DNA from: an uncultured Chloroflexia bacterium
Lineage (GTDB): Bacteria > Chloroflexota > Chloroflexia > QHBQ01 > JADMIH01
Assembly (NCBI GenBank): GCA_963797095.1
Contig: CAWCNY010000006.1
Coordinates: 672,001-736,000 of the forward strand
DNA: 64,000 nt
Reading direction: 5' to 3'
Every line of letters begins with the position of its first letter. The stretch's first letter is position 1. The notes under the pieces are model-generated. The model had not been told where the DNA came from. It did not search any database and saw nothing but the letters and a program-made list of their open reading frames with translations. Shown here in pieces: positions 56,550-64,000 of the stretch. Made by a program: the position numbers and the translations under genes.

Positions 56550-57990
56550 ATGGCAACAGTAGCAATTGGAAACAGTACCGGTGCGGCTCCGCAGGCCGTG
56601 GCGGCTCGTGGTGTTAGAAGCAACTCGCGAGTTGGGCGGCTGCGGTCGTGGATGCTGGCTATCGTGGCGGCTTCGGTGTCGTTCAGTTTGCTTGCCGGAT
56701 TTATATCCTGGCAGGCCAACCTGGTGACCTACGACAACTACCGTAAAATCGTGGATGAGGGATCGGTAAGCGTCGACTCGGCGTTGCGGGCGAGAGCCGC
56801 TGTGCTGGACCACATGAGCGCGGCGGCTACCTATCTTGAGACGACAGGGGCAAACCAGCCGGCGGCGGAGGAACGGGCGCGCGAGCGGTGGGCGGCTTTC
56901 AGCGACGAGGCGAGGCGGTCGTGGCAGAACCTGACCGACAGGAACTCATGGCGAGTACGCGGTATACTCGGCGGCGGACTCGGCGGCGAGCGACTATATC
57001 CAACAGATCGGGGCGATGTTCTCGTATTACCAGGCCGGAGAGGCCAATAGGGCGGGCGATGCCTTCCTTGAGGCGCGTGAAATATTGAATACGCGTTTGG
57101 TGCCTGCTCTGGGCGGTCTGGAAGCTGTCAAAGTTGAGGACATGGAGACGACCTACGCTGGCGCGGCGGAAACGATCTCAGGCTGGACTACAGCGCTGAC
57201 CTGGGGAGCGTTGGTGCTGGTCCTGATACTGGCAGCGGGGTTGCTGGCGATCAGGAGAATGCACTACCGGTGGTCATGGCCGGTGGGAGCGGCGCTTGTG
57301 GTGTGCGCGGCACTGGCTGGCCTGATGCTGTTTCAGTTGAACCAGGCGCGGAATGATGCGCGTGTGATGGTACGCGAGGCGTATGACAGCATAGCGGGTG
57401 TGCAGGACATGGCGGCGAACCTCAGCCAGGGGCGCGCGCTGGAGAGTATCGCCATATTCGACCCGGACCAGGCGGCTTCCCACCTCGGAGATTTCGACCA
57501 GTATATGGAGTTGGTGGAACAGAGGCTGTGCGGGCCTCGCGATTGCACGGCCAACACATTCCTTTCGGGAGGTGACCAGATCAGCGCGGCGGTCAGCGCG
57601 GCGGCGGTGGACGAGAAGAACAGGCTGGGTCTGGCTAGGTTGCCTCTGGTGGCGAACGTGACATTTCCAGGTCAGGCGGCTGCCTACGAACAGTTCCGCG
57701 TGAATTACAGGAAGTGGCTCGATGCGCATGCAACTTTGGCGCAACAGGTAGAGGCGCGGCAACTGGCCGCGGCATCCCAGACCTCAACGGGCGACAGCGC
57801 CTCGGCGTTCGCCGACGTTGTGGCGAGCGTGGACGCCGCTGGGCAGGTGGCACGCGCCGAGTATGACAAGATCTGGCAGGGCGTATACAGGACGACCACC
57901 ATCAACCAGGCGTTGGCCCTCGCCTTCCCATTGATGGGGTTGATCGGCGCATGGGGCGTGTGGGTCAGGCGTAGTGAGTTGTTTGCGTGA
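56550..57990 (+). pseudogene. GlnX-like four-TM sensor, split by a +1 frameshift near 56941-56944
   Basis: ORFs 56550-57050 and 57016-57990 join by removing one base (…LTDR|THGEYAVYSAAD…); topology TM-helical domain-TM-TM-helical domain-TM. Confidence 0.7.
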
Positions 57991-58093
57991 GACGAGGAAG
58001 GACGACGAGTGACGAGTGACGAGTGATACGCAGTACGCAGTACGGACTCCGGGCGACTGACAACCATTAACTTTCGTCTTTCGTCTTTCGTCC
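57991..58093. repeat. composite heptamer arms
   Basis: gaaggacgacga gtgacga gtgacga gtga tacgcag tacgcag ... (tttcgtc)x3. Confidence 0.85.
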
Positions 58094-58106
58094 AGCGAGG
58101 TGAGTT

Positions 58107-58952
58107 ATGCGAATTGGGGTTGGGCTGCCTGGCACTTTGCCGGGGTCTGATGGTCGCTTGGTGTTGGAGTGGGCTCGGCGGGCTGACCGTGGGCCTTTCT
58201 CCAGCCTGGGAGTGCTCGATAGGCTCCATTACGACAGCTACGACCCTCTAAACGTGCTGGCGGCTGCGGCTGCGGTGACCGAGCGGGTGCTGCTGGCGAC
58301 CACTATCGTGGTGGGGCCGATGCACAATACCTATATGCTCGCCAAGAGCGCCGCCTCTGTGGATGCCTTGTCGGGGGGCAGGGTGGTACTGGGATTGGCT
58401 GTGGGGGCGCGCAAGGACGATTACGATGTCGCAGGGATAGACTATGGCGGCAGGGGAAGGCGGATGGTGGAGCAACTGGCCTCGCTACGCGATATCTGGC
58501 AAGAGGGCACGGTTAGCCCGACCGGAGCGCGCAAAGACGGGCCGCCTCTGCTGGCCGGCGGGTTGAGCGATGCCGGGTATGCGCGCATGGCCCGCTACGC
58601 GGATGGGTATGTGCATGGCGGTGGACCTACCAGGGCTTTCGCACGTGCGGCGGATAAGGCTCGATCGGCGTGGCTGGCCGCCGGGAGGCCTGGTATGCCG
58701 CAGTTGTGGGGACAAGGGTATTTCGCACTTGGTGGAGAAGAGGCTGCAGAGGCCGGAGCGCGCTATTTGCGCGAGTATTATGCCTTTACCGGAGCGTTCG
58801 CTGAGAGGATTGCCTCCGGTCTGCTGACCACCCCGCAGGCGATTGCGGGGTTCGCACGAGGCTATGAAGAGGCCGGGTGTGATGAGCTGGTGCTATTCCC
58901 CGCCATAGGTGACATATCGCAGTTGGATATGCTGGCGCAGGCGGTGAGGTGA
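58107..58952 (+). CDS. LLM-class flavin-dependent oxidoreductase
   Basis: DP....AAAAA.TER..L.T, AK.AA..D.LSGGR..LG...G, AG.DE. Confidence 0.88.
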   Translation: MRIGVGLPGTLPGSDGRLVLEWARRADRGPFSSLGVLDRLHYDSYDPLNVLAAAAAVTERVLLATTIVVGPMHNTYMLAKSAASVDALSGGRVVLGLAVGARKDDYDVAGIDYGGRGRRMVEQLASLRDIWQEGTVSPTGARKDGPPLLAGGLSDAGYARMARYADGYVHGGGPTRAFARAADKARSAWLAAGRPGMPQLWGQGYFALGGEEAAEAGARYLREYYAFTGAFAERIASGLLTTPQAIAGFARGYEEAGCDELVLFPAIGDISQLDMLAQAVR

Positions 58953-59030
58953 TGGAGGATAGTTCCAAGTTCCAAGTTCCTGGTTGTCGCTGATCGATTG
59001 TTGGTTGTTTTGATTTGCCTTTGATGATAT

Positions 59031-61226
59031 ATGCCTGAAATTGGAGCGAGACAGCGTAGTCGGAAAGTTGTAGTGTTGGGTGGTGGCCCGGCGGGTTTGT
59101 ATTGTGCGCTTTTGCTCAAGAAGGCGAACCCTGCGTGGGACGTGGAATTGATCGAGCGCAATCCCGCCAATGTGACCTACGGATGGGGTGTTGTCTTTTC
59201 GGATCGCACCCTTTCTTCGTTTCAAAGGGTCGATTATAAGAGCTACACTGCCATTACCGAGCAGTTTGTGGTATGGGATGCCATTGATGTTCGCTATAGA
59301 GGAGAATTGATCTGCTGTGGCGGGCATGTAATCGCGGCGATTGAACGGCGAAAGTTGCTCAACATACTGCAGGAGCGATGCGCAGAGCTTGGGGTTGAGA
59401 TGCGGTTCGGTGTGGATGTCGCGGACCTGTCGCAGGTGCCTGAGTGCGACCTGTTGGTGGCGGCGGACGGTGTGAACAGCATGGTGCGGCGGTCGTTCGA
59501 GGCGGTGTTCAAGCCAAAGACCGAGATGGGTCGGGCCAAATACATCTGGCTTGGAGCCAACAAGGTGTTGGCCGCCTTCAACTTCATCTTCCATGAGACC
59601 GAGCATGGTTTGTTCCAGGTGCATGCCTATCCGTTCAGCGGGACGACCAGCACTTTCATTGTGGAGTGCGCCGAGGACGTGTGGCTGCGGGCGGGGCTGG
59701 ACAAGGCCGATGAAGCCGAGAGTTTGGCGTTCTGCCAGGATCTGCTGGCGGACGACCTGGGTGACGTGCCTCTTCAATCGAACAATTCTAAGTGGATCAG
59801 CTTCGCGACGCTCAAAACCGAAAAGTGGCACACGACACTCCGAAAGCCAAAATCCAAAATCCAAAATAGTATTGTCTTGATGGGCGATGCGGTGCATACT
59901 GCGCACTTCTCGATTGGGTCGGGCACGAAGCTGGCGATGGAGGACGCTATCGCGCTGGCGGAGGCATTGGAGAAGTACGGGGATATCGAAAAGGCGCTGG
60001 ACGCGTACGAGCTAGAGCGCAAGTCCGTTGTTGAGACGTTTCAGCGAGCGGCGCGGGAGAGCCAGGTGTACTTCGAGACACTGAAGCGATATCTTGTGCT
60101 ACCTCCTATGCAGTTTGCGTTTCAACTCCTTACCAGGAGCGGCAGGATCAGCTACGACGACCTCCATTTTCGGGATACGAAGTTTGGCGATGCGGTCGAT
60201 AGGTGTTTCGCTTCGACTGCAACGGAGGCAGCGGTAGGAGGCGGGTTTGCACCCTCGCCCATGTTCGCCCCGCTCACGGTGCGGGATGTCACTATGTCGA
60301 ACCGGCTGGCGGTGGCGGATGCGGTCGCGTCGGAGGGCACTGACGGTACTCCTGCTATGGCGGCTTCGAGAGGACCCTCGCTGAGTGGGTTTGGTCTTGT
60401 TGTAGTCGAAAACTGTGTTGTATCCGAGGATGGGCGTGTGACCCCTTTGGATTGTGGGATGTACAGGGACGAGCATGGGAACGCATGGGCCGAGTATGTG
60501 GAGGCAGTTCACAAGCGGTCGGACGCGAAAGTGGCGTTGCAATTGAATCACGCGGGGCGGCGAGGGGCTACAGAACCGCGCTTGTGGGGCCTTGATAGAC
60601 CGTTGCGCGAAGGTGGATGGGAGTTGGTAGCGGCCTCGGCGGTGCCGTATACGCCGAAGAGCCAGACCCCGAAGGAGATGGATCGCGCTGATACGGAGCT
60701 GGTGCGCGATGACTTCGTGCGGGCGGCTTGCATAGCCGACAGGGCCGGGTTCGATATGCTGCTGTTGCACATGGCCCATGGCTACTTGCTGGCGGGCTTC
60801 TTGTCACCTCTGACCAATCTGCGCGAGGACGAATATGGAGGCGACCTGGATGGTCGGGCGCGCTTTCCATTGGAGGTGTTAGAGGCGGTGCGGCGGGTGT
60901 GGCCTGATGGCAAGCCCCTGGGCGTGTCGCTAAACGCTGAGGACAATATCAAAGGTGGTTTCACTATAAAGGATGCTATTATACTAACGCGGAAACTCAA
61001 AGAGAAGGGGTGCGACCTGGTGCATGTGCTGGCGGGCCAAACCGTGCCCGCAGGGGACCTGCCTTATGGCCGTGGCTTCCTCACGCCATTGAGCGACCGC
61101 ATCCGCAACGAAGCTGGCATCATGACTATGGTCGGCGGATATATGGCGACGAGCAGCGATGCGAACACAGTGCTGGCGGCTGGCCGGGCTGACATATGCG
61201 TAATGTCGGGAGTTGGTAATCGATGA
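59031..61226 (+). CDS. bifunctional aromatic-CoA monooxygenase/reductase (anthraniloyl-CoA / salicylyl-CoA hydroxylase family)
   Basis: GGGPAGLY, GWGVVFSD, DL.VAADG.NS, GDA.HTAHFSIGSGTKLAMEDA, then OYE-like QL.HAGR, H.AHGYLL..FLSPLTN.R.DEYGG. Confidence 0.9.
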   Translation: MPEIGARQRSRKVVVLGGGPAGLYCALLLKKANPAWDVELIERNPANVTYGWGVVFSDRTLSSFQRVDYKSYTAITEQFVVWDAIDVRYRGELICCGGHVIAAIERRKLLNILQERCAELGVEMRFGVDVADLSQVPECDLLVAADGVNSMVRRSFEAVFKPKTEMGRAKYIWLGANKVLAAFNFIFHETEHGLFQVHAYPFSGTTSTFIVECAEDVWLRAGLDKADEAESLAFCQDLLADDLGDVPLQSNNSKWISFATLKTEKWHTTLRKPKSKIQNSIVLMGDAVHTAHFSIGSGTKLAMEDAIALAEALEKYGDIEKALDAYELERKSVVETFQRAARESQVYFETLKRYLVLPPMQFAFQLLTRSGRISYDDLHFRDTKFGDAVDRCFASTATEAAVGGGFAPSPMFAPLTVRDVTMSNRLAVADAVASEGTDGTPAMAASRGPSLSGFGLVVVENCVVSEDGRVTPLDCGMYRDEHGNAWAEYVEAVHKRSDAKVALQLNHAGRRGATEPRLWGLDRPLREGGWELVAASAVPYTPKSQTPKEMDRADTELVRDDFVRAACIADRAGFDMLLLHMAHGYLLAGFLSPLTNLREDEYGGDLDGRARFPLEVLEAVRRVWPDGKPLGVSLNAEDNIKGGFTIKDAIILTRKLKEKGCDLVHVLAGQTVPAGDLPYGRGFLTPLSDRIRNEAGIMTMVGGYMATSSDANTVLAAGRADICVMSGVGNR
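59840..59867 (+). repeat. heptamer array in frame inside the monooxygenase gene
   Basis: ccgaaag ccaaaat ccaaaat ccaaaat encodes RKPKSKIQN. Confidence 0.75.
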
Positions 61227-61267
61227 GCTACGGGCTTACGTGTGCCAATCTATAACTTGGAGATTGC

Positions 61268-61690
61268 GTGAATACACAGTCCAGAGGTGATCTCGTCAGG
61301 ACCACAGGTTTGTATTTACTGACACTTGCGGGGAGTGGGTTAGTGCTGCTATGGTGGTGGGGCATGGGCGGCTTTGCATGGCACCATTTCTTGACGCCTG
61401 CGGAGCAACTTGAGCTACCGGCTGTGATGCCCTATGACGTTGAAGTGCCTTATCCCTGGACGCCCGGATTCGGGCGCGGGTTGATGGCGGTTTTGTTTGT
61501 CGCAATCATTGTATTCGTTGCGGCGAATACGGGGATATTGGCGAGTCGTGTGAAGGGAGTCTCTGTTCACCTTAGTTATCGTACCTGGTCAAAGTGGGCA
61601 TTGGGCGGATGGTTAGTATTATTCTTGCTGTCGTTGTGGGCATGCGCTCTACTCTTCTGGGGAACGACGATGTGGGACGGGACTCGGTAG
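61268..61690 (+). CDS. small membrane protein
   Basis: Three hydrophobic segments; GGAG upstream of GTG. Confidence 0.55.
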   Translation: MNTQSRGDLVRTTGLYLLTLAGSGLVLLWWWGMGGFAWHHFLTPAEQLELPAVMPYDVEVPYPWTPGFGRGLMAVLFVAIIVFVAANTGILASRVKGVSVHLSYRTWSKWALGGWLVLFLLSLWACALLFWGTTMWDGTR

Positions 61691-61720
61691 CTTTGGGCCG
61701 AGATTGGATTGTAACTGAAG

Positions 61721-62503
61721 TTGATTCTTGACCTGACAAACAAGAGGGCTGTAGTAACAGGGGCCGGGCGCGGGATCGGGCGGGCTTCGGCGTTGGCTCT
61801 CGCGGGCGCCGGGGCTGATCTTGCGGTTACAGCCCGCACGATGGCTGATCTGGAAAGCCTGGCGCGCGAGATCGAGGCGTTGGGTAGGCGGTGCGTTGTA
61901 CTGGAATGCGACGTTACCGATCCGGAGGCTGTGCAAGCTATGGCCGAGGGCGCGCTCGCGGGGTTAGGTGGAGTCGATACCCTGGTGAATAACGCGGGAC
62001 GCGGGGAGAGCCACCCGTTCAAGGACCATCCAGATGAACTCTGGCACAAGATGATCGCGGTCAACCTGACGAGCGTGTATTACGTGACCAAGGCATTCGC
62101 GCCCTCTTTGATGGCTAACAAGTGGGGCCGGATCATCAATATCGCGTCTACGGCAGCGAAGGCGGGTGAGAAGTATGTGGCCGCCTACACGGCAGCCAAA
62201 CATGGGGTGCTTGGGCTGACGCGGTCGCTGGCGGCTGAGCTTGTTGGGTATGGGATCACGGTGAACGCGATCTGCCCCGGCTTCGTGGACACCCCTATGA
62301 CAGAGGATAGCGTTGCCAACATAGTGCGTCGGACGGGTATGGACGCGGAGCAGGCGAGAAAGCGGCTCGAAAGCGCCAACCCCCAGAAGCGGCTGATCCA
62401 GCCAGATGAGGTGGCGGCTATGGTAGTGTACCTGGCGTCGGATGCGGCAAGCGGTATCAACGGGCAGGCGATCAATATCGATGGGGGAGCAGTAATGAGT
62501 TGA
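61721..62503 (+). CDS. short-chain dehydrogenase/reductase
   Basis: TGAGRGIG, NNAG, YTAAKHG, NAICPG.V.T, G..I.IDGG. Confidence 0.92.
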   Translation: MILDLTNKRAVVTGAGRGIGRASALALAGAGADLAVTARTMADLESLAREIEALGRRCVVLECDVTDPEAVQAMAEGALAGLGGVDTLVNNAGRGESHPFKDHPDELWHKMIAVNLTSVYYVTKAFAPSLMANKWGRIINIASTAAKAGEKYVAAYTAAKHGVLGLTRSLAAELVGYGITVNAICPGFVDTPMTEDSVANIVRRTGMDAEQARKRLESANPQKRLIQPDEVAAMVVYLASDAASGINGQAINIDGGAVMS

Positions 62504-62519
62504 TGGGTGGTGAGGGCCA

Positions 62520-62618
62520 ATGCGTACTGCGTATTGCTTATTGTTGCTTTCGTCACTCGTCACTCGTCACTCGTCACTCGTCACTCGTCACTCGTCACGC
62601 ACCGTTCGTCGTTCGTCC
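62520..62618 (+). repeat. composite heptamer arm (TGCGTAY, TCGTCAC x7, TTCGTC)
   Basis: tgcgtac tgcgtat tgcttat ... (tcgtcac)x7 ... cgttcgt cgttcgt cc. Confidence 0.88.
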
Positions 62619-62635
62619 AACTCAAGGAGTTTGTT

Positions 62636-63427
62636 GTGGAGCTTGATTTTCGGTTTGAGGTCAATGAGGGGATCGGGACTGTTACCTTCGACAGGCCGGA
62701 GGTTATGAACGCGCTTACTTTCGAGGTTTACGCGCAGTTCCGCGACCTGCTGGAAACGCTCCGGTACGACGAGAGCGTGAAGGTGCTGGTGGTGACGGGG
62801 GCAGGCGAGCAGTTTTGCTCAGGTGGCGATGTGCACGAGATCATCGGAGCGCTCCTTGAGCGCGACGTTAAGGAGCACCTGGCCTTTACACGTATGACGG
62901 GGGCTGTGGTACAGAATATGCGGCTGCTCGACAAGCCGATCATCGCGGCGATCAACGGGATGGCGGCGGGGGCGGGATCGGTGATCGCGTTGGCCTCGGA
63001 CCTGCGGGTGGCCTCCGAGCGGGCGCGGTTCGCGTTTCTGTTCACGCGGGTTGGGCTGGCAGGGGTCGATATGGGGTCGGGCTATCTGTTGCCCAGGCTG
63101 GTGGGCACAGGTCGTGCTGCCGAACTGCTGATGTTCGGCGATACAATCGACTCGGCCACAGCAGACCGCTACGGGCTTGTGAACAAAGTGGTGCCGCACG
63201 ATGAGTTGATGCCGACCGCTCTGGAGTGGGCGCGCAGACTGGCTGGTGGGCCGACGCTTGCGCTCTCGATGACCAAGCGAATGGTGAACAACGAGCTGAA
63301 TATGGACCTGGTGACCGCTCTGGAAGCCGAGGCGCAAGCGCAGGCGTTGATGCTGATGGGAAAGGACCACAAGATCTTCTACGAGGCTTTCAAGAAGAAA
63401 GAGAAACCGAAGTTCGAGGGAAGATAG
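62636..63427 (+). CDS. enoyl-CoA hydratase/isomerase family protein
   Basis: RPE..NAL, FCSGGDV, KP.IAA.NG.AAGAG...ALA.D.R, LLPR.VG..RA.E; GTG after AAGGAG. Confidence 0.92.
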   Translation: MELDFRFEVNEGIGTVTFDRPEVMNALTFEVYAQFRDLLETLRYDESVKVLVVTGAGEQFCSGGDVHEIIGALLERDVKEHLAFTRMTGAVVQNMRLLDKPIIAAINGMAAGAGSVIALASDLRVASERARFAFLFTRVGLAGVDMGSGYLLPRLVGTGRAAELLMFGDTIDSATADRYGLVNKVVPHDELMPTALEWARRLAGGPTLALSMTKRMVNNELNMDLVTALEAEAQAQALMLMGKDHKIFYEAFKKKEKPKFEGR

Positions 63428-63539
63428 GAAGTTCGGAGTACGGAATGATTTTCACCCCGAAGATTCCGCAGAAGTGTTCGAGATTCTTGAGGTTCGTAGG
63501 AGCAGACCCACCTGTTTATTCTGTCTGGAGAAATGACTT

Positions 63540-63962
63540 ATGTTCAATACTATGGGACCTGGTGAAAAGAGGTTAGTCAATCCTTCCAAGTTAGTTAAGC
63601 CTATCGGCTACAGTCATGGGATAGAGGTGACACAGAGACGTTTTGTTTTTCTCGCCGGGCAGATCGCGGTGGACTCCGAAGGAAATCTGATCGCAATGGG
63701 TGATGTCGTGGGGCAATACAGGCAGGTGTTATCCAATCTGCAAGCGGTAGTGGAAGCAGCCGGTGGTTCGATGCTCGACATTGCCAAGCTGACCATTTAT
63801 GTGAAGGACCGGGACGACTACAGGGCACACCTGGAGGAGTTGGGGCGCGTGCACAAGGACTTCTTCGGGTCGTATTACCCCGCGACCGCGCTGGTGGAGA
63901 TCTCGCGCTTCTTCGAGGAAGGTGTGCTTGTGGAGATCGAAGGGATAGCGGTGCTTGCTTAG
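63540..63962 (+). CDS. RidA/YjgF family protein
   Basis: P.GYSH, FLAGQ, Q....L.N, YPA..LVE...., VEIEG.A. Confidence 0.9.
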   Translation: MFNTMGPGEKRLVNPSKLVKPIGYSHGIEVTQRRFVFLAGQIAVDSEGNLIAMGDVVGQYRQVLSNLQAVVEAAGGSMLDIAKLTIYVKDRDDYRAHLEELGRVHKDFFGSYYPATALVEISRFFEEGVLVEIEGIAVLA

Positions 63963-64000
63963 GAGGGCGACAAAGTGGTTGATGATTCTGCCGCCTCGAA

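Noticed and set aside
5197-62635. N-terminal extensions in the ORF track for rplM, mreD, murF, murC, PP2C, GIY-YIG and enoyl-CoA hydratase
   Set aside because: They translate repeat arms (SSLVTRH, LPATDYR); downstream starts fit homology and RBS better.
63975-64000. Start of a further gene after AGGAGG
   Set aside because: Only about eight codons visible; cannot be identified.

Overview
Bacterial chromosomal window, GC-rich, most likely Chloroflexota (inferred from protein styles and gene order, not from a database search). 1-6.2 kb: end of the ribosomal superoperon (map, infA, rpmJ, rpsM, rpsK, rpsD, rpoA, rplQ, truA, rplM, rpsI). 6.6-12.3 kb: mreBCD-mrdA-minC. 12.3-17 kb: a small gene with a LexA-type box, a zinc-ribbon coiled-coil protein, murT-gatD and an AlkZ-like gene. 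17.7-40.9 kb: dcw cluster with two tandem mraY copies, an inserted four-helix-bundle gene, a murC-murB fusion, no murE or murG, and two secreted paralogs between ftsQ and ftsA. 41-45 kb: CGNR/ABATE regulator with a clear double operator, a GNAT and an MshA-like glycosyltransferase. 45-58 kb: a PknG-like signalling cluster (PP2C, zinc-ribbon/FHA, amino-acid binding protein, zinc-ribbon kinase-TPR, vWA, frameshifted GlnX-like sensor) interrupted by GIY-YIG and Uma2 genes. 58-64 kb: aromatic-CoA monooxygenase catabolic cluster. The most striking unexplained structure is about 30 arrays of 7-nt tandem repeats from about ten sequence families. They are arranged as inverted arms in gene junctions, flank the four-helix-bundle gene, occur in frame inside conserved enzymes, and form composite arms with a repeated family order. 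GC skew also appears to flip from C-rich to G-rich around 34-42 kb. All calls are by eye from sequence motifs.
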